The notes beneath the pieces are model-generated. The model saw only the letters and a list, made by a program, of their open reading frames with translations. It did no database searches and was not told the origin of the DNA. From NCBI GenBank assembly GCA_021818125.1, contig JAKAFG010000001.1, forward strand, positions 1-44,273: DNA of 44,273 bases, in the 5' to 3' direction. This document shows, one piece after another, positions 1 through 9,206 of the stretch. Position numbers and translations under genes: made by a program. This stretch comes from Pseudomonadota bacterium. GTDB taxonomy: Bacteria; Pseudomonadota; Gammaproteobacteria; Acidithiobacillales; Acidithiobacillaceae. Numbering within the stretch: position 1 is the stretch's first letter; each line of letters begins with the position of its first letter.

Positions 1-25
1 GTGTTTACGCGGTCTGTGGTGCGGC

Positions 26-55
26 TTGACGCCTGCGCGTAAAAGCGAGCAAAAT
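26..55 (+). promoter_or_regulatory. Putative sigma-70 promoter of erpA
   Basis: TTGACG (26-31), 18-nt spacer, CAAAAT (50-55); overlapped by the near-palindrome ATACTCGGGTAT (54-65). Confidence 0.35.
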
Positions 56-104
56 ACTCGGGTATCCACTGAATGAAGCGCTGCGGCGCATGGAGCGATG
101 CATA

Positions 105-476
105 ATGAGCACAGCAACAGAAACAAGGACCAATCTGGATTCCCTCCCTCCGGTTATGACCCTGACGCAAAATGCAGCGGACAAGATTGCCTCGCTGATC
201 GAAGAAGAGGGCTCTGAAGACCTGAAGCTGCGTGTCTTTGTGACGGGTGGTGGTTGTTCCGGTTTTCAGTACGGCTTTACTTTCGACGAAAATATGAATG
301 AAGGTGATACGGAAGTGCATCAGTTCGGTGTGAGCCTGTTGGTCGATCCCATGAGCTACCAGTATCTGGTCGGTGCGGAAATTGACTACAGCGAGGGACT
401 GGAAGGCGCACAATTCGTCATCAAAAATCCCAACGCAACGACCACCTGTGGTTGTGGATCTTCCTTCTCGGCCTGA
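105..476 (+). CDS. erpA: Iron-sulfur cluster insertion protein ErpA (A-type carrier)
   Basis: [20 protein letters not shown] and [10 protein letters not shown] motifs; GGAG at 92-95 favours ATG105 over ATG90. Confidence 0.95.
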   Translation: MSTATETRTNLDSLPPVMTLTQNAADKIASLIEEEGSEDLKLRVFVTGGGCSGFQYGFTFDENMNEGDTEVHQFGVSLLVDPMSYQYLVGAEIDYSEGLEGAQFVIKNPNATTTCGCGSSFSA

Positions 477-502
477 TCGCCGACTGCTACGGAAGTGCTC
501 CC

Positions 503-533
503 AAGGGGAGGCTGACGGCCTCCCTTTTATTTT
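503..533 (+). terminator. Rho-independent terminator after erpA
   Basis: AAGGGGAGGC-tgacg-GCCTCCCTTT stem followed by TATTTT. Confidence 0.8.
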
Positions 534-670
534 ACGGGCAGGTTATGATGATCCGGCGGCTGCCGTCCGAAAGCCTTTGTGCAGGATGCTGCCCGTGAGC
601 AGTGCCCCGGCTGGCGGTGACCGCCGAAGGTCCGGGCAGTCAATCATCAGAATGATAAAAGGAGTTCTGT

Positions 671-1831
671 ATGGCGGAACCGAACTTTGCGCCAGGTCTG
701 GAGGGTGTGGCTGCAACCCACTCCAGCATTTCCAACATTGACGGTGTTGCTGGTTTACTGAGTTACCGTGGTTTTGCCATTGCGGATCTTGTGGCACACA
801 GCAGCTTCGAGGAAGTAGCGCTTTTGCTGCTGGACGGTGCCCTGCCGAGCGCCACTGATCTGGGACAATTCGATCACGGGCTGCGCACACACCGCCAAGT
901 CAAATACAATGTCCGGGAAATCATGAAGTTCATGCCTGTGACCGGGCATCCCATGGATATGTTGCACTGTGCCGTAGCCAGTCTGGGCATGTTCTACCCG
1001 CAGCAAGAACTCTCCGATGCCGAGCGCGAAAATACGCCCCATCTGGATGCCATGGCGATGCGGATTATTGCCCGTATGCCCACTATCGTTGCCATGTGGG
1101 AGCAAATGCGTTTTGGCAACGATCCCATTCCACCACGTCCAGACCTCAGTCATGCGGCTAACTTCCTGTATATGTTGTCGGGTCATGACCCGGATCCGGC
1201 CCTCGCCAAAATCCTCGACTCCTGCCTGATTCTGCACGCCGAGCACACCATCAATGCCAGTACCTTCTCGGTGCTGGTGACCGGTTCTACCCTGACCAAC
1301 CCTTACCATGTTATCGGTGGGGCCGTCGGTACTCTGGCCGGCCCCTTGCACGGCGGCGCCAATCAGAAGGTAGTGGAAATGCTGGAAGAAATTGGTTCTT
1401 CCCGGCGGGTGGGCGCCTATCTCGATGCGAAAATGGCTAACAAGGACAAGATCTGGGGTTTTGGGCATCGCGTCTATAAAACCCGCGATCCGCGCGCGGC
1501 GATTCTCAAGGAGATGATGGAAGATCTGGCCAGTCACGGTCATCTGCGCCACAGTCGCCTTTTTGAGATCGCCATAGAGGTGGAACGCCAGGCTACGGAG
1601 CGACTCGGTCCCAAGGGCATCCATGCCAATGTGGATTTCTACTCGGGCGTGCTGTATCACGAGATGGGCATCAAAGCGGACCTTTTTACGCCTATTTTTG
1701 CTATGGCGCGTTCTGCGGGTTGGCTGGCTCATTGGCGGGAGCAACTGGCGAACAACCGGATTTTCCGGCCTACGCAGGTGTATACAGGGGAACAAGGTAA
1801 AAGCTATGTTCCTATTGCGCAACGATTTTAG
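671..1831 (+). CDS. gltA: Citrate synthase (short form, 386 aa)
   Basis: PGLEGV, LHAEHTINASTF, GPLHGGAN, GFGHRVYK and NVDFYSG motifs; SD AAGGAG. Confidence 0.95.
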   Translation: MAEPNFAPGLEGVAATHSSISNIDGVAGLLSYRGFAIADLVAHSSFEEVALLLLDGALPSATDLGQFDHGLRTHRQVKYNVREIMKFMPVTGHPMDMLHCAVASLGMFYPQQELSDAERENTPHLDAMAMRIIARMPTIVAMWEQMRFGNDPIPPRPDLSHAANFLYMLSGHDPDPALAKILDSCLILHAEHTINASTFSVLVTGSTLTNPYHVIGGAVGTLAGPLHGGANQKVVEMLEEIGSSRRVGAYLDAKMANKDKIWGFGHRVYKTRDPRAAILKEMMEDLASHGHLRHSRLFEIAIEVERQATERLGPKGIHANVDFYSGVLYHEMGIKADLFTPIFAMARSAGWLAHWREQLANNRIFRPTQVYTGEQGKSYVPIAQRF

Positions 1832-1840
1832 GAAAAACGT

Positions 1841-3151
1841 ATGACAGAAGTTTTACGGGATATCCCCTTCCTAGCCACGGATCGGGTGGAGGCTCTGCTG
1901 GATATCGAGCGTCACCTGATCGCCGAGCAATCCACGATTGAGCGCTGGTTTCGGGGACAATGGCAGCGGACGCCGCCGCCTTTCTATGCCTCTGTGGACT
2001 TGCGCAATGCCGGTTTCAAGCTGGCGCCTGTGGACACCAATCTGTTTTCGGCGGGATTTAATAACCTCAATCCGGAGTTTTCGTCGCTCTATGTGGCGGC
2101 GATCCAGCATTTTCTCAATCAGTATTACCCGGGTCTGGAGCGGGTGCTCCTGATCCCGGAAAATCATACCCGTAACCTCTTCTACTTGGAGAATGTGGCG
2201 CGGCTGCGCGAGTTGCTGGAACTCTCGGGTCTCGAAGTGCGGGTGGGTTCGCTGATTCTGGAAGAGCGCACGACCAATGATTTGCCTTCGGGCAACCAAC
2301 TGCTCCTGGAACCGCTGCGGCGAGAGGGGGGGCGTATCTCGACTGCTGGTTTCGATGCACAGTTGGTTTTGCTGAATAATGACCTGTCAGGCGGTGTTCC
2401 AGAAATACTGGAACATCTTGAACAGCCTATTCTACCACCCCTCGCCGCGGGCTGGCGCAATAGGCGCAAGTCCCAGCATTTTGCCCACTATCGCTCCGCG
2501 GCACAGGAACTGGCGGAGGTGATCGACATTGATCCCTGGCTGATTGATCCCGTTTTTCGCCGCTGTCAGGGCATTGATTTTATGCGTTCCGAAGGCCGCG
2601 AATGTTTGGTTGCTAATGTAGATGCGGTGCTGGCGATTACCCGCGAGCGTTACGGCCACTATGGTATTCGCCAGCGCCCTTTTGTCATCGTGAAAGCAGA
2701 CGCTGGTACCTATGGTATGGGAATCATGACCGCCTATTCGGGTGAGGAGTTTCTGGATCTCAATCGCAAGGAGCGGACCCGCATGGCTAAGAGTAAAGAG
2801 GGTCTGCCGGTAAGTGATGTTTTTATTCAGGAGGGGGTGTATACCTTCGAGCAAACTGCCCAGGAGGCGGTGGCGGAGCCGGTGGTGTATATGATCGGTC
2901 AGCAGGTGCTGGGTGGCTTTTACCGGGTGCATACCGAGCGCGGGCGCGATGAAAATCTCAATGCCCCTGGAGCACATTTTGAGCCCATGGCCTTTGGCCA
3001 GACCTGCGTGGTTCCTTGCCGGAAATCACCGCCCGATGCACCGGTGAACCGCTATTACGCCTATGGTGTCATCGCGCGCCTGGCGCTGGTGGCCGCGGCG
3101 CGGGAGATGGCGGACTGGCGGATACAAGATGCGCAGGAGACCGGCCAATGA
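1841..3151 (+). CDS. gshA: Glutamate-cysteine ligase (divergent GshA type)
   Basis: PFYASVDLRNAGFKLAPVDTNLF, KADAGTYGMG, IQEGVYT and GGFYRVH..ENLNAPG motifs; adjacent to gshB. Confidence 0.93.
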   Translation: MTEVLRDIPFLATDRVEALLDIERHLIAEQSTIERWFRGQWQRTPPPFYASVDLRNAGFKLAPVDTNLFSAGFNNLNPEFSSLYVAAIQHFLNQYYPGLERVLLIPENHTRNLFYLENVARLRELLELSGLEVRVGSLILEERTTNDLPSGNQLLLEPLRREGGRISTAGFDAQLVLLNNDLSGGVPEILEHLEQPILPPLAAGWRNRRKSQHFAHYRSAAQELAEVIDIDPWLIDPVFRRCQGIDFMRSEGRECLVANVDAVLAITRERYGHYGIRQRPFVIVKADAGTYGMGIMTAYSGEEFLDLNRKERTRMAKSKEGLPVSDVFIQEGVYTFEQTAQEAVAEPVVYMIGQQVLGGFYRVHTERGRDENLNAPGAHFEPMAFGQTCVVPCRKSPPDAPVNRYYAYGVIARLALVAAAREMADWRIQDAQETGQ

Positions 3152-4086
3152 GCGCGCTCCAGGCCGCCATACTTATGGACCCCATCGCCGGGATCAAACC
3201 GGCTAAAGATACGACCTTCGCCATGCTGCTCGCAGCGCAGGCACGCGGGCACCAATGCCGGGTGTTTACCCTCTCCGACCTGTTTCTGCGGGATGGGCGT
3301 TCCTGGGGGCGATTACGTACCGTCGTCGTGCGCGATGACGTGGAAGATTACTACACGCTGGGTGAGACAGAAGAACGTCCCCTCGCCGACATGGATGTGG
3401 TCCTCATGCGTAAGGACCCGCCCGTGGGTCTGGAATATCTCACTGCCTGCTATCTGCTGGAGCACGCAGGTACCTGGGTGGTCAACGATCCGGTCAGTCT
3501 GCGCAATGCCAATGAAAAGCTCTATGCCCTGCATTTCCCAGAGTTTCTGCCGCCTTTGCTGGTGAGTCGCGATCTTGGGGATTTACGGGCCTTTCTCGCC
3601 GAACACGGCGAAATTGTCGTCAAACCACTCTCGGCGCGTGGCGGCGAAGGGGTGTTCTATCTGCACCTGCAGGACCGCAATGTCGGCAGTATTCTGGAGA
3701 CGGTGACGGGCTGGGGTCAGCATTATGTGATGGCGCAGCGCTATCTGCCCGCGATCCGCGAGGGCGATAAACGGATTCTCATGGTGGATGGCGTCCCGGT
3801 GCCAGGTGCCCTGCTGCGGGTGCCTTCGGCCGCGGATTTTCGCGGTAATCTGGTGGCAGGTGCAACGGGGGTAGCGGCGGAGATCAATGACCGCGATCGG
3901 GACATCTGCGCGGCGATAGGCCCGGCTTTGCGTGCCGCGGGCCTGCTTTTTGTCGGTCTGGATGTGATCGGCGGGTATGTGACGGAAATCAATGTCACCA
4001 GCCCCACCGGGGCGCGGGAGATCAGGCGATTCTTCGGGGCCGACGCGGCGGATCTGCTCTGGCAGCGTCTGGAGCGGGGGCGATGA
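3148..4086 (+). CDS. gshB: Glutathione synthetase
   Basis: MDPI..IKPAKDTTFAM, MRKDPP, NEKL, GDKRIL, FRGNL, EINVTSPTG; ATGA overlap with the gshA stop fixes the start at 3148. Confidence 0.95.
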   Translation: MSALQAAILMDPIAGIKPAKDTTFAMLLAAQARGHQCRVFTLSDLFLRDGRSWGRLRTVVVRDDVEDYYTLGETEERPLADMDVVLMRKDPPVGLEYLTACYLLEHAGTWVVNDPVSLRNANEKLYALHFPEFLPPLLVSRDLGDLRAFLAEHGEIVVKPLSARGGEGVFYLHLQDRNVGSILETVTGWGQHYVMAQRYLPAIREGDKRILMVDGVPVPGALLRVPSAADFRGNLVAGATGVAAEINDRDRDICAAIGPALRAAGLLFVGLDVIGGYVTEINVTSPTGAREIRRFFGADAADLLWQRLERGR

Positions 4087-4155
4087 TGCACCCGGTCCGC
4101 GTGACCGGTCATGGACACCTGCCGTTTTCGGGCTAAAACACGTATCATAGGGCTT

Positions 4156-4713
4156 ATGACCTTTTCTTCTCTCAAAAATCATCTGCTCATTGCCATGCCC
4201 GCGCTGCACGACGGCGTTTTCGACCGCACCGTGATTGTGGTCTGCGAGCACAATGCCGAAGGCGCCATGGGCGTGGTTATCAACCGGCTGGTGGACATCA
4301 ATATGTCCGATGCCCTGCGGGCGGTGGACATCCAGCCCTCTGAAGAAATGATCCATCGCCCGGTGTACTGGGGCGGGCCGATCCAGCCTCAGCATGGATT
4401 TATTCTGCATTCGCCGCGGGGCGAATGGCTTTCCAGTCTGGAGGTCAATGACGATCTGGCGCTGACCAGTTCGCCGGATATTCTGCAGGCGATTTCTCAG
4501 CACGAAGAGCCGCAACGTTATCTGCTGACCCTGGGCTATGCTGGCTGGGGCGCGCAGCAACTGGAAGCGGAGCTGCAGGACAATGCCTGGTTACACGGCC
4601 CCTTGGATATGGCGGTGATTTTCGACCTGCCCGCCAGTGAGCGCTGGCAGGCCGCGGCGCGCTTGCTGGGGGTGGACATGCGTCTGCTCAGCGGTGCGGC
4701 GGGTCATGCCTGA
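4156..4713 (+). CDS. yqgE: YqgE/AlgH family protein
   Basis: HLLIAMP, CEHNAEGAMGVVIN, GGP, LGYAGWGAQQLEAE..NAWL, ends AGHA. Confidence 0.92.
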   Translation: MTFSSLKNHLLIAMPALHDGVFDRTVIVVCEHNAEGAMGVVINRLVDINMSDALRAVDIQPSEEMIHRPVYWGGPIQPQHGFILHSPRGEWLSSLEVNDDLALTSSPDILQAISQHEEPQRYLLTLGYAGWGAQQLEAELQDNAWLHGPLDMAVIFDLPASERWQAAARLLGVDMRLLSGAAGHA

Positions 4714-5137
4714 GCGGAGCGGGCCGCTGCTCGGGATAGACTTCGGTGAACGCCGGATCGGGATTGCGGTTTTGGGGGAGTCGGGGTTGGCGCCGCAAGG
4801 GGTCGCCACCCTGCGCAATGGCGAGAGTGGCCCGGACTGGGATGGCTTCGCGCGTATTCTCAAAGAATGGCAGCCTCGCGCGCTGGTTCTGGGTCTGCCC
4901 CTGCACATGGATGGCAGCGAGGGGTTCATGGTGGGACGGGTACGCAAATTCGCGGAAAGTTTGCAGCGCCGTTTCTCCCTGCCTATCCATTGGGTGGATG
5001 AGCGCCTGAGCAGCCACGCCGCCGAGCTGGTCCTGAAAGATCGCGCTTTTTCTGAAAAAAAGCGGGGCCGCTTGCTGGATCAGGCCGCTGCCTGCGAGAT
5101 TTTGTGGACCTTTCATAACGCCGGAGGAGACGCATGA
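4706..5137 (+). CDS. ruvX: RuvX/YqgF RNase H-like nuclease
   Basis: LGIDFGERRIGIA, LGLPLHMDG, VDERLSS, DQAAA; conserved yqgE-yqgF pair. Confidence 0.92.
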   Translation: MPERSGPLLGIDFGERRIGIAVLGESGLAPQGVATLRNGESGPDWDGFARILKEWQPRALVLGLPLHMDGSEGFMVGRVRKFAESLQRRFSLPIHWVDERLSSHAAELVLKDRAFSEKKRGRLLDQAAACEILWTFHNAGGDA

Positions 5138-5640
5138 CGACCGACTGGGATGTGAGCGCGCTGCTGGAGGTTATGGCGCGTGATCTGCGCCCCCTCATTG
5201 ATCCGGAGCAGGCGGCGATGATCGGCATTTTTACCGGCGGCGTCTGGCTGGCGCGCACCCTGCACGCCGCCCTCGGTTTGCAGCAGCCCCTGGGGCAGGT
5301 GGATATCTCTTTTTATCGCGACGACTTCAGCCAGATCGGCCTGCACCCGCAGGTGCGCGCCTCGGATATCCCCTTTGATGTCGATGGCCGCGATATCATT
5401 CTGGTGGACGATGTCCTCTACACCGGCCGCACCGTGCGCGCCGCTATGAATGAAATCTTCGACTATGGGCGACCGGCCCGCATCCGTCTGGCGGTGCTGG
5501 TAGATCGCGGCGGGCACGAGCTGCCAGTGGCCGCCGATGTGGCGGCGCTACGCCTGAATGCCACAGCGGGCGAGCACATTAAGCTGCGCGGCCCCGACCC
5601 CTTGCGTCTGGAACTGGAGCAGCGGAGTCCGCAGCCATGA
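5134..5640 (+). CDS. pyrR: PyrR-like pyrimidine regulator / uracil phosphoribosyltransferase
   Basis: [36 protein letters not shown]; directly upstream of pyrB. Confidence 0.9.
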   Translation: MTTDWDVSALLEVMARDLRPLIDPEQAAMIGIFTGGVWLARTLHAALGLQQPLGQVDISFYRDDFSQIGLHPQVRASDIPFDVDGRDIILVDDVLYTGRTVRAAMNEIFDYGRPARIRLAVLVDRGGHELPVAADVAALRLNATAGEHIKLRGPDPLRLELEQRSPQP

Positions 5641-6623
5641 GTGCCACCACCTTTCGTTTTGGTGAAGGAAACCCGCAATACGACGCCCAGGGCCGTCTGC
5701 GTCATCTGCTCAGTACCGAAGGGCTTCGGGAGCGCGAGTTACTGCAGATTCTCGATGCGGCGGAATCTTTCCTCAGTATTGCCCACCGCAGTGTCAAAAA
5801 GACCCCCACCCTGCGTGGCCGCACCATCGTCAATCTCTTTTTTGAGAACAGCACGCGGACTCGCAGCACCTTTGAGCTGGCCGCCAAGCGCCTCTCGGCG
5901 GATGTGCTGAATATCGCCGTCAGCACCAGTAGTGCCAGCAAGGGCGAATCCCTCATGGATACGGTCAATAATCTGATGGCCATGCAGGTGGATGGTTTTG
6001 TCATCCGCCATCCTGAGGCGGGAGCAGCTCATCTGGTCGCGCGCCATCTCGGCGACTCGGCGCTGGTGGTGAATGCCGGTGACGGTCAGCACGCCCATCC
6101 CACCCAGGCCCTGCTGGATGTGTTCACCATCCGCCGTCTGGCGGGGCCGATTGAAGACCGGGTGGTGGCCATTGTCGGTGATGTGCTCCATTCGCGGGTG
6201 GCGCGCTCGCAGATTCATGCCTTGTCCATTCTCGGCTGCCCGGAAATTCGCGTCATCGGCCCGCGTACCCTGGTGCCCGAAGAACTCTCGGCGCTGGGGG
6301 TGCATGTCTACCATGATCTGCAGGCCGGTTTGCGCGGAGTGGATGTGATTTGCGCCCTGCGCCTGCAACGGGAGCGCATGGAGTCGCACCGTCTGCCCAG
6401 TCTTGATGAATTTCATCGCCGCTTCGGGCTGACCCCGGAGCGCTTGCAGTGGGCAGAACCCGGCGCGCTGGTGCTGCATCCGGGTCCCATGAACCGCGGG
6501 GTGGAAATCGCCTCGGAGGTGGCGGATGGTGCTCAGTCAGTGATTCTTCAACAGGTAGCCCATGGTCTGGCGGTGCGGATGGCGGTGCTCACCATCCTCG
6601 CTGGCGCGGCGGGCGGGGAGTGA
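5637..6623 (+). CDS. pyrB: Aspartate carbamoyltransferase catalytic subunit
   Basis: [39 protein letters not shown]. Confidence 0.97.
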   Translation: MSATTFRFGEGNPQYDAQGRLRHLLSTEGLRERELLQILDAAESFLSIAHRSVKKTPTLRGRTIVNLFFENSTRTRSTFELAAKRLSADVLNIAVSTSSASKGESLMDTVNNLMAMQVDGFVIRHPEAGAAHLVARHLGDSALVVNAGDGQHAHPTQALLDVFTIRRLAGPIEDRVVAIVGDVLHSRVARSQIHALSILGCPEIRVIGPRTLVPEELSALGVHVYHDLQAGLRGVDVICALRLQRERMESHRLPSLDEFHRRFGLTPERLQWAEPGALVLHPGPMNRGVEIASEVADGAQSVILQQVAHGLAVRMAVLTILAGAAGGE

Positions 6624-6628
6624 GGACC

Positions 6629-7903
6629 ATGCACAGAATCATACGCAATATTCGGGTCATGGACCCCGGCGACGGCTTTGACGCGGTCACCGATCTGGCC
6701 ATAGCCGACGGCCGGATTGTCGCGCGGAGGCCTCTGCCCACTGACTTTACCGCAGAAGAGGTGCTGGATGGCAGTGGCTTGATCGCCTGCCCCGGTTTCG
6801 TCGAAACTTCTTTTCAGGCGCACACGCCCGGTCATGGCCGGGATGGTGATCTTGCCAGTGAATTATGCGCGGCGGTGGCCGGTGGCGTGACTCAGGTTTT
6901 GCTGCGGCCGGATACTCAGCCCATGGCGGATACCCCGGCCGTTTTACAGGAGCAGCGCGTCCTGGCGGATCGTCTGGCCTTGGCCAAGGTGCATCTGTCC
7001 GGTGCCTTTACTAGCCAGCTTCAGGGCGCGGCGCTGACCGAGATGGCGAGTTTGGCAGAGGCCGGCGCCATTGCCTTTGGTCAGGCCAAGGAGCCCGTAC
7101 CCAGTGCGGCGTTGTTGCGGCTGGCGCTGAGCTATGCGGCGGATTTGGGTTTGCCCGTATTACTCCATGGCGAAGAGCCAGAGTTGGCGGCCCATGGGGT
7201 GATGCACGAAGGCCGTCTGAGCATCCGCTTAGGCCTGACCGGACGCCCGGCGGCGGCGGAGCAGATCGGTGTGCAGCGGGATATCGCCATTGCCGCGCTC
7301 AGCGACTGCCCCATCCATTTTCCGCATTTGAGTACCGCCGCGGCGGTGGCCGAGGTTGCAGCGGCCAGGCAGCGTGGTGAACCGGTGACTTGTGGGGTGA
7401 GTATCCATCATCTGTTGCTCACCGAGCAGGATGTTGGATTTTTCAACCTCCATGCCAAGATCCTGCCGCCCTTGCGCTCCACTGCAGAGCGCGATGCCCT
7501 GCGCCATGCGCTGGCTACGGGCGTTATAACGGCCATCAGCAGTGATCACAGCCCCTGGGGCGTGGACCGCGAAGGCATGACCTTTACCCAGGCGCCATTC
7601 GGCATCGCTGCCGTGGAATGGCTCCTGCCCCTGGCGCTGCGGCTGGTGGATGAAGGGGTGGTGGATTTGATGACGGTGCTGAGCCTGCTGAGTGTCGGCC
7701 CGGCCCAGGCCCTTAATTTGCCCGCGCCATCCCTGGCGGTTGGCGCTACCGCAGACCTCTGTATCTTCGATCCGGAGTCCTATTTCACCGTGGAGCCAGC
7801 GCGGCAGTGGAGCCGGGGCCGGAATCTTCCCTATGGGCAGTGGGAGTTGCGCGGGCGGGTGCGCTATACCCTGGTGGAGGGACGGGTGGTTTTCCGCGGG
7901 TGA
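6629..7903 (+). CDS. pyrC: Dihydroorotase-like protein, probably the inactive PyrC' subunit of ATCase
   Basis: Amidohydrolase motifs (AGGVT, PPLRS, SDHSP, GATADLCIFDP) present, but DxHxH is replaced by ETSFQ; start at ATG6629 or GTG6620. Confidence 0.88.
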   Translation: MHRIIRNIRVMDPGDGFDAVTDLAIADGRIVARRPLPTDFTAEEVLDGSGLIACPGFVETSFQAHTPGHGRDGDLASELCAAVAGGVTQVLLRPDTQPMADTPAVLQEQRVLADRLALAKVHLSGAFTSQLQGAALTEMASLAEAGAIAFGQAKEPVPSAALLRLALSYAADLGLPVLLHGEEPELAAHGVMHEGRLSIRLGLTGRPAAAEQIGVQRDIAIAALSDCPIHFPHLSTAAAVAEVAAARQRGEPVTCGVSIHHLLLTEQDVGFFNLHAKILPPLRSTAERDALRHALATGVITAISSDHSPWGVDREGMTFTQAPFGIAAVEWLLPLALRLVDEGVVDLMTVLSLLSVGPAQALNLPAPSLAVGATADLCIFDPESYFTVEPARQWSRGRNLPYGQWELRGRVRYTLVEGRVVFRG

Positions 7904-7912
7904 GGGTAACGC

Positions 7913-8578
7913 TCACTTTGGATGGGTTATAATAATTTTTTTCTGCTTGAGTGGAATCACATTTGATTGTGAATGATTGGCATATGTATCCCAACTCGGC
8001 GCGTACTCCTCAGCCTGATTTCCCCATACGGACCACCCTTTACGGGGACCTCTGGCGAATAGTTCAAGGTAGGGTCCGGGGCTGCATGCCTCAATGATAG
8101 CGTATTGCTCGTCCGGTTTGCGGCTATGCTCGCGCTTTTGTGAAGAAATGATGTTTTCCTGACTCCTCCCCGGCTGCAAGGTCCGGGCATTTTTTCCTCG
8201 CACACCAAAAAGGATCATCTCTGTTACATTTCGGAAATAAAAGCCGACGCCTCTTCTGTCATGCCCACCATCTTTTCTGATTTTGTACCATATCATATTG
8301 GTTTTATAGGTGAATCCCCAGCGCTCCATTACCTGCATACCGTCGGCCAGGAGCGCGTTCGGCACCCAAAGGTAGAGGTGTGCCATGTCGGTGACGATTG
8401 TTTCTACAGGAAGTTCTTTTATTTCTTGCAGAGTCATCGTTGAGTATCGGGAGAGACGCTTGTGCTCTGGCGCCATCTTCCCGGTCCTGTTCTGAAACTG
8501 CCAGGGTGGATCGGCGAGAACGGTGGTGAATTTTCTTTTCCCTACCGCTTCCAGCAAATCGTCAGACGCGCTCATCAT
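7913..8578 (-). CDS. MT-A70 family N6-adenine DNA methyltransferase
   Basis: LADPPW, HLYLWVPN, WGFTYKTN, REHSRKPDE, YLELFARG, WGNQ; TAATG overlap with the endonuclease stop; SD GAGGA. Confidence 0.92.
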   Translation of the reverse strand: MMSASDDLLEAVGKRKFTTVLADPPWQFQNRTGKMAPEHKRLSRYSTMTLQEIKELPVETIVTDMAHLYLWVPNALLADGMQVMERWGFTYKTNMIWYKIRKDGGHDRRGVGFYFRNVTEMILFGVRGKNARTLQPGRSQENIISSQKREHSRKPDEQYAIIEACSPGPYLELFARGPRKGWSVWGNQAEEYAPSWDTYANHSQSNVIPLKQKKIIITHPK

Positions 8579-9167
8579 TATTCGTCCTCTGTATAGAGTG
8601 ATTGAGTGAGACCAAATACCAGCAAAGGACAACCGCCCCCGCCGTTACCCTCAATCCGGGGAAGAAGTTTACTCATATGTGTGGTTGACGCGCCATAAGA
8701 GGAACCCCTTCCCAGTTGATTAAATATTTCCTGCAGATTATCGCAACGAGTGATGATCACCCCTACGCTAATAGCACGCAAGTCAAATAGCAAACGAAAA
8801 TTATTGAGGTCCCGATCATAGAATGGATCTTTATTGTTCCATTCAATTTCCAGAGCGACTCTGTTGCGAAAACAATCTATCTTATGGGTAGGTGTATCCA
8901 TTGTGTGTTCGTCGACAACAACATGCGTCTGGAATTCTTTTTCAACCCAGTCACGACCATATAGATAACTGTCAATAAATTCGGAAACTTTGGACTTAGC
9001 CCGCCGGGATTGGTAATCCAGCTTCTGTTCAATCGGAAATCAGAAAGTACGGCGAGAATATCATCCCATTCGGTAGGAAAGTCATGATGTAAAATGGCGC
9101 AGGCATGCTTCCACTCGTGGACTTCATAATTTTCGCGGATGAATTCAGGAAGCAGATCGATACTCAT
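8578..9167 (-). pseudogene. BglII/BstYI-family type II restriction endonuclease, frameshifted near 9000
   Basis: ORF 8877..9167 and the frame of ORF 8578..8901 join if one base is added in GGCGGGCTAAG. The joined 196-aa protein reads NPGG(A)KSKVSEFIDSYLYGRDWVEKEF..THKIDCFRNRVALEIEWNNKDPFYDRDL, with a D..ExE active site. Confidence 0.8.
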
Positions 9168-9206
9168 GTGATCTCCCGGTATTTTTTATGGCTCTTTATG
9201 TGTCCT

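Larger units (their letters stand above)
7904..9206. mobile_element. Small low-GC restriction-modification islet with no mobility gene
   Basis: Two sampled 60-nt lines are 37% and 45% GC against visibly GC-richer flanking genes; lies between the convergent core genes pyrC' and tatC. Confidence 0.6.

Noticed and set aside
755-1822. Long antisense or alternate-frame ORFs (e.g. 755..1822, 3583..4560, 22692..23531, 34766..35875, 40462..41304)
   Set aside because: They are shadows of well-supported genes in GC-rich DNA and show no motifs
3016-3147. N-terminal extensions given by the ORF track (gshB, ruvX, pyrC', hisF, permease, lptC, EIIA-Man, ORF 25247)
   Set aside because: They overlap upstream genes; downstream starts with SD or stop-start overlaps match the family N-termini
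7900-7916. GTGAG/CTCAC inverted repeat at the islet edge as an att site or terminator
   Set aside because: Only 5 bp, largely formed by the two convergent TGA stops, with no matching copy at the other end
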